64,000 bases of DNA from Eledone cirrhosa (taxonomy: Eukaryota): the NCBI GenBank assembly GCA_964016885.1, contig OZ024742.1:160394001-160458000 (forward strand), given 5' to 3'. The notes under the pieces were generated by a model. It ran no database searches. It saw nothing but the letters and a program-made list of their open reading frames with translations, and was not told where the DNA came from. A program made the position numbers and the translations under genes. Shown one piece after another: positions 1-41,918 of the stretch (positions are counted from its first letter, which is position 1; each line of letters begins with the position of its first letter).

Positions 1-89
1 GCGAAAAACCAACCAAACAGTGAGTGTGTTCTGTTATTATTTCTGGCAATATTATTACAACAATATGACCCTCCTCAAGTATAACAATA

Positions 90-90
<1 letters not shown>
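1..90 (-). mobile_element. Terminal part of a MITE-like element (same family as 52397-52717), cut by window edge
   Basis: Near-identical to the reverse complement of 52397-52484; followed by (CT)n(TA)n. Confidence 0.7.
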
Positions 91-182
<92 letters not shown>

Positions 183-208
183 TCACCCCCACCACACATA
201 CACCCCAC

Positions 209-253
<45 letters not shown>

Positions 254-560
254 CAGATATTAACGACTTTAATATGTATTTATGTTGAGTGTAATATGTA
301 TGCTGTTATAAACAGCTGTATAGAAATGTAAAAGTGTTTAGTGCTTTAAGCACATCCCTCTGAATAACTAGCATGTCAAGAAGGAATTTATAGTAATCCC
401 AATAGCATTATTACATTTAAGTGTTATAACAATCTTAAAGTTTGTATCCTTTCTATTATGCCAAACATGAGAAAACAGCTTTGTTGTTTTGCTGTAAGAA
501 TAGTTTTGAACAAACAGCTTGCAATCACAATGTATGTATATATGTGTGTGTGCGTGTGTG

Positions 561-631
<71 letters not shown>

Positions 632-633
<2 letters not shown>

Positions 634-850
634 CGAAGGAAATGTGGTAAGGAACCAGATGGACCATAACGCACCAAAGTACTCAATACTTAGGGTAGTA
701 GAGTGGGTAATAGGAACGAGTAGGACCCCGACGGCTGAGCTCAAGCCGTTTCGACGGCTAATTCATAACTAAATTTGGACGTCTAATTTAGTCCAGAATT
801 AGCCGTCGAAACGGCTTGAGCTCAGCCGTCGGGGTCCTACTCGTTCCTAT
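632..850 (+). mobile_element. Short non-coding element in (TA)n with a perfect 55-bp inverted repeat (710-764 / 796-850); contains 3' half of a hammerhead motif
   Basis: Arms checked base by base; related copies at 8700-8851 and 54797-54903, each preceded and followed by TA repeats. Confidence 0.8.
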
Positions 851-1059
851 ATATATATATATATATGCATCGTTTATGAAATGGCAAACACTTAGAAAGG
901 ACAACGATTTCAAAGGCTGGAATGTCGCACAGCTTAATCAGATTCTCGGCAATTCCTTGTAAGAGTATTTGTTAGGTGTTACTTTTGGTTTGAACATGTT
1001 TTAAAACAACAGGGAAGATTCCTCACTTTTAACACTTTTAGTTGTTGAATTAAAATAAC

Positions 1060-1187
1060 GGTTTCTACTTTTGGCACCAGGCCAGCAATTATCCCAGTGC
1101 GTTACTGGTACTTTATTTTATCGACCCCGTAAGGATGAAAGGCAAAGTCAACCTCGGCGGGATTTGAACTCAGATCGTAAAGGGACA
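1060..1187 (-). mobile_element. tRNA-derived SINE (family A), 5'-truncated
   Basis: Reverse complement of the consensus gttcaaatcccgccgaggtt...ttgcctttcatccttacggggtcgataaaataaagtaccagt...ggccttgtgccaaaagtagaaac seen many times in the window. Confidence 0.85.
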
Positions 1188-1196
1188 TTAATGTTT

Positions 1197-1345
1197 AGGC
1201 GGCGAATTGGCAGTCATTAAAACGTCGGATTGTCTACGTTCCGAGCTCTCGGAATTCATATCCCACCGAGGTTAACTTTGAATTCCGTCCTTTCAAGGTC
1301 AATAAAACAAGTTCCTGTCGTACATGTGATCGATTTTCCCCTCTA
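1197..1345 (+). mobile_element. Diverged SINE family A copy
   Basis: ggcggcgaattggcag head, ttcatatcccaccgaggttaacttt and gtcaataaaacaag match the consensus loosely. Confidence 0.6.
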
Positions 1346-1614
1346 TATATATATTCATCATTTCCTCTCTATCACTCTCTTTCTCTCTCCTTCTCTGGAA
1401 GAAATCGTCTGTGTTCAAACCTAGCGAGGGGAATGTCTCCACCTGGTTGAAAGTGCCCAAGATACGTCGTATGTCATGACAACACCCCTACGACTTCATC
1501 AGAAGTTTCGGATCTATATATACATACATACATACATACATACATACATACATACATACATACATACACGCATACATACATACATACATACATACATACA
1601 TACATACATACATT

Positions 1615-1682
1615 ATGGCTGTCCCCTCGTTATCGGGTATGGCCATTGCACGATATAACATTATTAATAATTATTAATTAAT
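1615..1682 (+). repeat. Dispersed repeat end (also at ~51416-51483 and ~51932-51980)
   Basis: atggctgYcccctcgttatcgRgtatggMcWttgcacgatataMcatta recurs three times; family unknown. Confidence 0.7.
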
Positions 1683-1859
1683 GCTATATAACTTAATAAC
1701 ACATTCAGTTTTAAGACTTTGTTTTTATTGGTGCAGGAATGGCTGTGTTGTTATGAAGATCGCTTTGAGACCCTGTGTTTTGGGGTTCAGTATCATCAAC
1801 CGGTTCTATGATACTAAACATTTTACTTTGAATCCTCCCACCATTATTTTATGTAACAA

Positions 1860-2200
1860 TCTTTAAGTTATGTTTCAAATACCAGCCTGTAAATGAGAAG
1901 TGTATTTATAATACAAGAACAATCCTTATTTTTTTATATTTTCAAAATTATTTGAAAATCATAGGCAGTATCTGCCATTAGAAATATGGTTATGAAAGGG
2001 ATATAGTATTTATATTTATCTAAAAACTCTCTCTCGTAATTTATGCAAGAACACTTGGGTTATGTTCCAAACCCCATCTTAAAAACGAGAAAGTTAGTTG
2101 TATTACTAAATCTCTCCAAATTGTCAATTATTTTCAAAATGATTTAAAATTCTTACCCAGTCTCTTTCATTAAAAATATGTTAAAGGAAGGGTTAAACAT
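1860..2200 (-). repeat. Two diverged tandem ~190-bp units of an old repeat; related units at ~6250-6620 on +
   Basis: Shared motifs aaatatggttaYgaaaggg / ttatgttYcaaa.acc..c.t..aaa; reverse complement resembles gttaccatatttctatt at ~6430. Confidence 0.4.
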
Positions 2201-3699
2201 ATTAAATTTATTCATCGCAAATTACCTGTTTGTTGTTTGTTGTTTTTGATGGGTGTAAAACAATTTCTAAATCCTTTCGACTTCCCATAATAAAATGTAT
2301 GTGTTCCTGTTAGCGTGGTTTAAATGTTTATGTCGAAAAGAGCTTCCGGTGTTGACAAGTGAATTTAGTTGTGCCGTCCATTACATAGCAGCTTCTTCCT
2401 TCAATACCCAATGCCAGTCTTTCAGTTTTTACTGACATATGAGACACACTGAAGGCCAAAGGTCAAGCGTTAGTTATTCTAGTATCGCGAATATTGCATT
2501 AAAATTGGTCTTAAGACATCTAATTTTCCTTGATTCCTGCCTGTGGGTAATAAAACAAAAAACATCTTGATTTATTTTACCAAGACATAAATTAGCATAG
2601 CAGATTAAGCCTACCCCCAATATACATCTGTTATTCGACATACCATTGTGAAATACTCTATGTGGTCGATCAAACTGCTAGAATCACCAACCAAACTCCT
2701 CCCAAATGACATCCTACTATCTTCCAAAATGAATCTATATTGTTTAATGTTGTTCATGAAACAATAAAATGCATAGACTTGCTTTGTATGCACTCGATCA
2801 TGTGTCTGCTCGGGTGAGGACTGATCTGCGGTTAAACAATGGCTCAGTTACAACGACGACGACGACAACAAGATCAATTGCAAATTTAATAAATTTGGTT
2901 TATCGATTCCAAAACAATGAGAAGGCAACGTCGAGTTCGGGAGAGAGTGAATTCACAACGGAATGATCGGGTGACTTAATATTTCTTTGAGCGATGATTT
3001 GGAGAAATTGCTGCAGCTTTAGCAATGACATTTCTTCCGATGCTTTGCACTATGAGTTCGAATTCTAAACTCAACTTTGTTTTGCATCTTTCAGAGATGA
3101 TATTTCTCTTTCACCGATTCTCACTCTTTCTGGAAGAAATCGTTTGGAGAGTGATGAGCCCCGCAATAGAACCTTTAGTTACACACGTCCTTGTGTATCT
3201 ACCCATAAACGTATGTAACTTAAGGTACCACTGCGATTCCATCAGGAGATAAGTGCTCAAGACAACGCATGTTTCTATTGTCCCTTTGGCAGAAGCCGTT
3301 GATTTATCTTATTTGAAATGTCTTTTCTATATTCTGACAGAAAGAGATCTGTAAAAAGGAAAAATATATTGTCCAACCATGTACCATGAACGAATACAAT
3401 GTTACAGTATTTGGTGAAGTAAAGTAACGGATTAAGTGGGAAAGTGACTGGGCCCTACCTAGGTAGGGACCTACACTATTCAAATGCACCCCCCCTCCCA
3501 TTTTTTTTTTGGGCTACCATAAAAATATATTATAACCCGATGGACCTCATGATAAGCTGGGGAGGAGAGACAAATATGCAAATATGTAATGGCAGTAATG
3601 AGTATAATTATAAATATATTATATGTTTAAATTTATAGGCACAGTAATGTTACTCTTCTTTTTTTTTCTCTTACACCTACTTATTCCCGAGAAAGTTGT

Positions 3700-3930
3700 G
3701 AGGCAACGTTCCCAAACACCTAATTCTGGATCTTCTACCGGTTGTCTTTGCTGTAAAATCCCTCCAGGCATTCATTCCTTGACAATGTAACCACATGCCC
3801 ATAGTACCGGGGCTGTGATATCTCATTGCAGAGAAGTAGCAGCTCTACCAAGAGTGATTCTTTGATCTCCGAGCCACGCAAATTATCGAGCTACGTAACT
3901 TACCAAATGCCACAAATGAGCTCTTTAATT
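3700..3930 (-). pseudogene. Decayed RTE-clade LINE, C-terminal ORF remnant
   Basis: Manual translation DNLRGSEIKESLLVELLLLCNEISQPRYYGHVV resembles the RTE C-terminal pattern IRE.L.VEPLLL.IERSQLRW.GHV. Confidence 0.5.
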
Positions 3931-4020
3931 GCTCTTGCGACCTCAGCCTCACCCTTTTGACTAATAAATTAACCTGTTTGACGCCAGAGCCCCCATGAAA
4001 TCCACTCTTGTTGAGTTATC

Positions 4021-4920
4021 AATGTTAGTAATAATAATTGTTTCTACTTTTGGCACAAGGCCAGCATTTATCCCAGTACATTACTGGTACTTTATTTTAT
4101 CGACCCCGTAAGGATGAAAGGCAAAGTTAACTTCGGAGGGATTTGAACTCAGAACATAAAGGGGCGTAACTCTATGCTACAAAGCATGTCGACCGACCCT
4201 CTACCAATACTGCCAATCCACCCACCTAATGTTAGTAATAATAATGGTTTCTAATTTAGGCACAAGGATAGTAATTTGGGGGAAGGTTAAGTCGATTAAA
4301 TTGACCCCAGCATTTGACTGGTACTTATCGATCACGAAAGGATAACAAACAGAGATGACCGGTGGTATTTGAATTCAGAACGAAAGGAGCCAGAATGATT
4401 CCGCTTTACATTTCCCCGACGTTCTTGAGACTCTGCCAACCAACAAATCTTTGTAAAATTAATAACAAGAAAAATAATAATTGTTTCTACTTTAGGCACC
4501 AGGCCAGCAATTACCCAGTACATTACTGGTACTTTAGTTTATCGACCCCGTAAGGATGAAAGGCAAAGTTAACTCAGACTGTAAAGGGACGTAACTATGC
4601 TAGAAAGCATGGCGTCCAACCCTCTACCGATACTGCCAATTCACCGCCCTATAATAATAATGGAAAAGTAATAATGGTTTCTTATATAGGCACAAGGCAA
4701 GCAATTTTGGGGGAGGGGAATGTCGATTAAATCGACCCCAGTGTATTACTGGTACTTTATTTTATCGACCCCGTAAGGATGAAAGGAAAAGTTAACCTCA
4801 GCAGGATTTGAACTCAGATCATAAAGGGCCGTAACTCTATGCTGCAAAGCATGGAGTCCGGCTCTCTACCGATACTGCCAATCCACCGCCCTAACAAGAA
4901 AAATAATAATGATTTCTAAA
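4021..4920 (-). mobile_element. Cluster of four head-to-tail SINE family A copies (~4039-4227, 4246-4445, 4482-4650, 4675-4891)
   Basis: Consensus matches; direct repeats aatgttagtaataataat (4021-4038 / 4228-4245) and taacaagaaaaataataat (4463-4481 / 4892-4910) look like target-site duplications. Confidence 0.9.
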
Positions 4921-5673
4921 TTCACCGTTCGAACTGTTACACATTATTAACATATTTGAAATAAGTTTAACTTTAAAGAAGACATTTTTCTATATATATT
5001 TTTAAATGTTTATCAGTTAAATGTTTAGTATTTGAAAAAAATGTTTTGTATCTAAATCTGTATGTAATTCCTAAATTGGTAGATTTTTTTTTCGATTGAG
5101 TTTTGGAATAAAAACAATTGCATCATGTTAGATACATATTATCGATCAACAACACATGCACTTTTATTTTATTTTTTGTTTTATTGTTATTTGTACGTTG
5201 TTTTGTTGTGTTAAACGTTGTATTTTTGTGGTTGATTGGGTTTTCTTGCTTTTTTTGGATGGGGGGAGGGGGGGGGGGGGGTTATTGTATTCATTTGATG
5301 CTAGTCCGGACTGTGAGATAAAATGTTTTATATATATATCATTAAATGTCAAACCCCTTTCATCGTATATCTAGTACCTTGTCATCGATACCCGACTTCT
5401 ATGTAATAATACGTATTACAAAATTGTACTAAAACAAAGGTGAATGCAACAGTTATGTTTCTGTTTAATGCAGCAGTTTCTCAGAGACCCAGGCCACACA
5501 TCGACCCTTGCAATCCCAATTTTCCTCAATTTGCTCCCATTTTAAATCGTCGTCTAGTAAGTTTTCACTCGAGCACCATTTTATTATGAGTAAAGCAGCA
5601 GTTTTTTGTGAACTGTTAATTCGTGGTTGTCCTTATTTGGTTATATTTGTATTTAATGTATTATATATATTTC

Positions 5674-5947
5674 TGTTGCGCGATAGTACGACGCCCCCCT
5701 GACAAGAATATGCTGGACCACTACATATAAATAGTAGCGGCCTGAGTAAGTGGGGAATTGGTACTAGTTCCACAGTTTGTGTGTTGATAGTCGAAGTTGG
5801 AATTCAAGTTCACAGTTCGAGTTAGTATGTTGGATTATTGGTTCTTAAAAAAAATGTTGTTACGTTACGTGTAGTTATTGCCGTTTGTTTCGATTATATT
5901 GTTATCACACTGTTGTAGTATATTCGTTTATCCATAAGGGCATAACA
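5674..5947 (+). mobile_element. Candidate solo LTR (TGTT...AACA termini, BEL/Pao-like)
   Basis: Starts tgttgcgc, ends gcataaca (imperfect inverted termini); internal TATA-like atataaatag; flanks atttc/atacc match only 3/5. Confidence 0.35.
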
Positions 5948-7230
5948 ATACCATATAATGTACTATATTCTTTTATTAGTTAGGTTTAATCCCCTAACTA
6001 ACATTCCTCCTAATTCTTCCTTACCTAAAAACACTCCTGGGATTAGAATTTTTTCTTCTAGGACTAGGTGCTCCCCCCACCTCCATTTGGGAAGCACCGG
6101 TTTTATGGTTAACATGACTCTATCTCAAAGTAATTGGAAATGTGTAAGAATTATTTTTCTCATGTCCAATATACCATAAGGAAGTCACTGAAATTGGCAC
6201 TGTTTTTGTCCTTTTTATTCCAGTTCAATAATTGGTTTTAGTTCGTTTTGTTTTAAACCCTTTCCAATGAAGCACATTGCCTGTAGTTTTCAAATGAGTG
6301 TTTGAATGAATATAGTAATAAAAGAAAATTTCTCATTATTAAGCTTTCTGTCTGGAATATAATTTAAAACGGTCTACATGAAATTATGATGAAAGGTTTT
6401 AATATAAATTTAAACACTTTTACGCTTCCGTTACCATATTTCTATTAAAAGACATTGCCTATGATGTTAAAAAATATTTAAAAATTCAAAGTTTTTTAAG
6501 AATATAATGATGTAAAACGATGTTTTAATCATTAAGCAGGTCTTCGGAACCCAATTTAACAAAGGTTCTCATAAATTTATGAGGGAAGGATTTTAGACAA
6601 ATATAAACACTTAAAATATAAACATTCTGTACCACATGAAACCACATTTGAAAGATTTTTTGAAAGTATAAAACAACTCGATGATTGCATCACATAAAAA
6701 ATAACTCTAATGCTGCAGATTTTAACAACAATCTGTCAAGTAGTAAAGATACTATAAACATTTTAATATATTTTCTGCTCGATCATTGTGTATGGGTTCG
6801 TAACTCAGTTCCTCTACAGGATGTTAAGGGTTTTAAAAAGCGGTTAACATCGTTGGACCAAAAGTGGTTTCTGGTTGTTTAGTGTTGAAAGGTATAATAA
6901 AAGGTTTATCTGGTATGTAATCTGCAATATTCTATCAGGGCTTATTGAATCATGGTTAGTGAACGTGTGTGGGACGTGGCAGTACAATTAACCACGACAT
7001 ATGTCAATATTCTTGCACATTTCATTTTGTTTGGATATATATTCTTTGTTGATTTTTTCTAATAAATTAAACAATTCGTTCAACTCTTGATGCTTATCAT
7101 TGTATCGTGTTTCCATAAGCTGCGTTTTAACTTATTGTTTGTCTTGCTAGACTTTTGTTATCGAGAGGCTTCTACCATTGATAGACAACCAATTCACTGC
7201 TTGATGGAAAATAATAACAATTATTACTAT

Positions 7231-7375
7231 TGGATTGGCAGGAGAGGTGAATTGGCGTTAGGGCGGTGGATTGATGTTAGGGAAGTAGGTTGGTGTTAGG
7301 GTAGTGGAGTGGCGTTAGGACGGCGGATTGGTGTTATGGTGGAGCATTGGCTTAGGACGGTGGATTAGCAGAATC
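7231..7375 (+). repeat. ~19-bp tandem repeat (about 7 units) derived from the SINE 5' head
   Basis: Units such as ggcggtggattgatgttag, ggtagtggagtggcgttag, gacggcggattggtgttat run into a SINE head gacggtggattagcagaatcgg. Confidence 0.65.
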
Positions 7376-7880
7376 GGTGGAGCATCAAACAAACTTTCTC
7401 GAAGTATTTATCCCGGCTCTTTGGGTACTGAAAACCCATCGAGATCAACTCCACCTTTCATCCTTTCGGGCCAAGAAAATAAAGCACCAGTCATCAACTG
7501 GGGCCACTTTAATATTTCCAATCTCCTAAAATTGCTCGTCTTTTGCCAAAATTACAAACATTATTAATGATCGTCTCCAAGGGCAGTGAACTGGCAGAGT
7601 TCCTAGCAGTATTTGTTCCGGCGCTTTACGTTTGGAGTTCAAATCCCAGTGAGGTCAACAACTCATTTCACCCTTCAAGAACTGATAAAATAAAGTACCA
7701 TTCAACAACTGGGGCTGAATTAATCAACTTGCTCCTTCATCCAAACTTTGCCTTTCATCCTTACGGGGTCGATAAAATAAAGTACCAGTCACGCACTGGG
7801 GTCAATTTCATCGACCCACCCCCAAATTGCTGGCCTTGTGCCTAAATAAGAAACCATTATTATTATTATTATTATTATAG
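7355..7880 (+). mobile_element. Two to three SINE family A copies, ending in an (ATT)n tail
   Basis: Consensus matches at 7355-7560, 7580-7740 and 7745-7880. Confidence 0.75.
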
Positions 7881-7882
7881 CT

Positions 7883-8166
7883 CAGTGGTTCTCAAACCTT
7901 TTTTACTCGCGTCACACTTGAGAGCAAATTAAAATATTTTGATACACTTTGTGTGTAATGTAAAACAACATTAAAAAAGGATATTTATATGTCTATAAAT
8001 AAATAAAAATTAAACTACAGAAAAATGATTAAATACTCACTTTTTTATTCAATAAAAGAAACCGAATTTCGGCTTATATTTTTCATATTTTTTAAATATT
8101 TGCGGTACACTTAACAAAATTTTGCGAAACAGCTGCGTATCGTTGAGTACCGTTTGGAAAATGCTG
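7883..8166. mobile_element. hAT-type MITE
   Basis: Starts cagtggttctcaaac (hAT/Charlie-type terminus), ends gtttggaaaatgctg (degenerate inverted copy); 8-bp flanks ttatagct / ttataact. Confidence 0.7.
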
Positions 8167-8400
8167 TTATAACTAATGATTGCAACAGAGAGAAGGTTCG
8201 CAGGTGGGTGACGTTTTCCTACTTTTCAGTTTCCGTTATAGCGTCAATATTCTTCGTTTTAACCTCAGCTTCACAGACTTTAGAGTACTCCTGGTTCCTT
8301 AAACTCATTTCCACCAATGGTTATAGATATTCACTCACCGTGACAAGGGTTATATTTCTAAATTGAAAAGGTTTACGCACACATATTAATATATATATAT

Positions 8401-8590
8401 CTAGAGCGGGTAAAACTCCCGAGATCTATGGATGAGTTCTCTCCAGCGGTCTCTGTCCTTCATCATCATAGCCATGTCCTGCGTCTCCCAGAGACCAGTG
8501 TCTGTCTTTAGGGCATCAATATATGTCAACCTCGGTCTCCCTTTTCTAGTGTGTCCGTGTAGGGACTCCCACAGGACCACTGACAGTGAG
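8401..8590 (-). pseudogene. 3' end of RTE LINE (same family as 57261-58094)
   Basis: Translation HGHTRKGRPRLTYIDALKTDTGL...[18 protein letters not shown] closely matches 57261-57430; ends at (TA)n. Confidence 0.85.
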
Positions 8591-8611
8591 AATGTCCAGT
8601 CTTTTCTGTGC

Positions 8612-8699
<88 letters not shown>

Positions 8700-8702
<3 letters not shown>

Positions 8703-8851
8703 AAGAAGGAATTGTGGTAAGGAACCAGATGGACCATAACACACCAGAGTGGGTAATAGGAAAAAATATGACCCCGACGGCAGAGTTCAAGCTATTTCAA
8801 TAGCCGTCGAAACGGATTGAGCTCTGCCGTCGGGGTCATACTGTTTCCTAT
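8700..8851 (+). mobile_element. Second copy of the 632-850 element with imperfect inverted repeat
   Basis: gtggtaaggaaccagatggaccataac head; atgaccccgacggcagag...ctctgccgtcggggtcat arms; TA flanks. Confidence 0.8.
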
Positions 8852-8872
8852 ATATATATATATAAATATATA

Positions 8873-9053
8873 ATTGTTTCTACTTTAGGCACAAGGCCAG
8901 CAATTACCCAGTGCATTACTGGTACTTTATTTTATCGACCCCGTAATGATGAAAGGCAAAGTCAACCTCGGCGGGATTTGAACTCAGATCCTAAAGGGAT
9001 GTAACTATGCTGGAAAGCATGGCGTCCGACCCTCTACTGATACTGCCAATCCA
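8873..9053 (-). mobile_element. SINE family A, near full length
   Basis: Consensus match including A-box-like and B-box-like motifs on the minus strand. Confidence 0.9.
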
Positions 9054-9057
9054 CATA

Positions 9058-9123
<66 letters not shown>

Positions 9124-9476
9124 GTATGTTCTTTCGTTGCAGAATGAGATGAACTTCACAACTTCTCGTAAACGTATTTGCTAAAAAAAAAAAGAAATGT
9201 CTGCCAAACGAACAAATAATGGTATTTAAAAAATGTTGTTTTATGATGTTATATTTCCATTTTAGAATGGTGTAGATATCAGGATGGAATCATGATGGAA
9301 TTATACAATCTGAGATACAATGTAAACATTTGTATTAAAATCCGCAACCTGTCAAAAAAGATCAATCGATATTTTGCTTTAAAACAATTTTTTTTTTAAT
9401 AAAAAAACCTGTATCCATGACAATAAAACAATAGCAATAACAACAAAAACAAAATCATTATAAAAGTTAATAAGAA

Positions 9477-9770
9477 TTGTTTCTACGTTGGCACAAGGCC
9501 AGCAATTACCCAGTACATTACTGGTACTTTATTTTTTCGATCCCGTAAGGATGAAAAGACAAAGCCAACCTCGGCAGGATTTGAACTCAGAACGTAAAGG
9601 GTCGTAACCTTTTGCCGTAAAGCATTTTGTCCGACGCTCTACCGATACTGCCAATCCATCGTAACAATTATGGTTTTTTATATAGGCACAAGGCCAGCAA
9701 TTTGAAAGGTAGGGGCAAGTCGATTAAATCGACTCCAGTGCATCACTTGTACTTTATTTTAGCGACCCCA
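9477..9770 (-). mobile_element. One full and one partial SINE family A copy
   Basis: Consensus matches at 9477-9660 and 9672-9770. Confidence 0.85.
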
Positions 9771-9780
9771 ATCCACGGTC

Positions 9781-39855
<30,075 letters not shown>

Positions 39856-39871
39856 GTGGGGATAGAAATAA

Positions 39872-40038
39872 CTGTTTCTACTTTAGGCACATGGCCAGCA
39901 ATTACCAGTACATTACTGGTACTTTATTTTATCAACCACGTAAGGATGAAAGACAAAGTTAACCTCGGCGGGATTTGAACTCAGACCGTAAAGGGACGTA
40001 ACTATGCTAGAAAGCATGGCGTCCAACCCACTACCGAT
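39872..40038 (-). mobile_element. SINE family A whose 3' tail abuts the satellite
   Basis: Consensus match starting tgtttctactttaggcac within ~20 bp of the array end. Confidence 0.9.
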
Positions 40039-40186
40039 GAAAGAAATAACACCAGTTTGTCATGAATGTAACACAATTATTTACAAGGTCAGGCTTGTTA
40101 TTGATTGGTATTTCAAAGAAAAATAGTAGCTTGTTTTCAGTAATGAGATTTTAATTTGATTTTCTATTTCTACATAAGTATTATTA

Positions 40187-41910
40187 TTGGCAGTATCGGT
40201 AGAGGGTTTGACGCCATGCTTTCCAGCATAGTTACGTCCCTTTACGATCTGAGTTCAAATCCCGCCGAGGTTTACTTTGCCTTTCATCCTTACGGGGTCG
40301 ATAAAATAAAGTACCAGTAATGCACTGGATAATTGCTGGCCTTGTGCCTAAAGTAGAAACAATTATTAATATTAGTGTATTAAGGCGGTGGATTAGCAGA
40401 ATCGGTAGAGGTTCGGACGCCATGCTTTGCAGCATAGAGTTATGGCCCTTTGCGATCTGAGTTCAAATCGCGCCGAGGTTAACTTTGCCTTTCATCCATA
40501 CGGGGGTTTATAAAATACAGTACCAGTCACGCACTGGGATAATTGCTGGCCTTGTGCCAAAAGTAGTAACAATTATTATTAGTGGATTGAAGGGCGGTGG
40601 ATTGGCAGTAACGGTAGAGGGACGGACGCCATGCTTTGACGCATAGTTCAAATCCTGTCGAGGTTAACTTTGTCTTTCATCCTTACGGGGTAGATAAAAT
40701 AAAGTACCAGTAATGTACTGGTTAATTGCTGGCCTTGTGCCAAAAATAGAAACAATTATTATTATTAACGGTGGAGGGTCGGACGCCATGCTTTGCAGCA
40801 TAGAATTATGGCCCTTTATGATCTGAGTTCAAATCCTGCCGAGGTTAACTTTACCTTTCATCCTTACAGGGTCGATAAAATAAAGTACCAGTCACGCTCT
40901 GGCGTCGATTTAACCGACTGTTCCCTTTCCCAAAATTGCTGGCCTTGTGCCTATATAAAAAAAACAACATTATTAGTGGTGGATTGGCAGTATCGGTAGA
41001 GCGTCAGACACCATGCTTTGCAGCTTAGAGTTATGGCCCTTTACGTTCTGAGTTCAAATCCCGCCGATTAGCTTTGCTTTTCAGGGTTGACTTAACCGAC
41101 TTCCTCTTTCTCCCCAAATTGTGGGCCTTATGCTTAAATCAGAAACCACTGTATGAGTCGATGAGGGCGGTAGATTTGCAAAATCATTAGACCGTCAGTC
41201 AACCTGCTTTTCAGCATATAATTACGGTCTTTACTTTCTGTGTTCAAATCTCGCCGTGCTTAGCTTACAGGGTCGATAAAATATAGCAGTAGAAACGACT
41301 TTCCTCCCACCTCTAAAATTACTGGCCTTATGCCTACATCTGAAATCATTATTGTTTGAGTCGATGAATGCGGTAGATTTGCAGAAACGTTAGAGTGTCG
41401 GACAACATGCTTTGCAGCAATGAGTTACAGCTCTTTACGTTCTGAGTTCAAATACCGCCGAGGTTAGCTTTGCCTTTTGTCCTAACAGTGTCCATAAAAT
41501 TAAGCACCAGCAATGCACAGGAGTCGATTTAATCGACTTCCCCTCCCTCCACATTTTTTGCCTTGAGTCTAAATCAGAAACCACTATTAAGGGATGTGGA
41601 TTGACAGAATTGTTAGAGCGTCGAACAAAATGTTTTGCGTCGTTTATTCAAACACTTTACATTCTATGTTTGAATCCCGCCGAGGTCATCTTTACTTTCA
41701 TCCTTCCGTGGTCGATAAAATAAAGAACCAGTTACACACGGAGTTTAATATAATCGAATTTTCCCTCTCCACGAAGTACTGGCCCTGTGTCTAAATTAGA
41801 AACCATTATTATTAACTTTGCCTTTCATCCTTACGGGGTCGATAAAATAAAGTACCAGTAATGCACTGGGATAATTGCTGGCCTTGTGCCAAAAGTAGAA
41901 ACAATTATTA
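40187..41910 (+). mobile_element. Tandem cluster of about nine SINE family A copies of mixed age
   Basis: Repeated ggcggtggattggcagtatcggtagag...gttcaaatcc...gtcgataaaat...ccttgtgcc...tagaaac units roughly every 190-210 bp. Confidence 0.9.
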
Positions 41911-41918
41911 TTGTTGTT

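Noticed and set aside
20-744. [12 protein letters not shown]-type ORFs here and at 44.9-46.3, 52.2-53.6 and 56.4-58.4 kb
   Set aside because: Translations of (TA)n, (TG)n and (CT)n microsatellites.
1441-1515. Minus-strand CTGATGA followed by a gtcgta/tacgac stem as a hammerhead
   Set aside because: The GAAA box position reads GTAT and no stem I or III can be built.
40187-41910. Regularly spaced repeats as a CRISPR array or tRNA gene cluster
   Set aside because: Whole ~190-bp units are homologous, with no unique spacers, no cas genes and no complete cloverleaf; they are SINEs in eukaryotic DNA.
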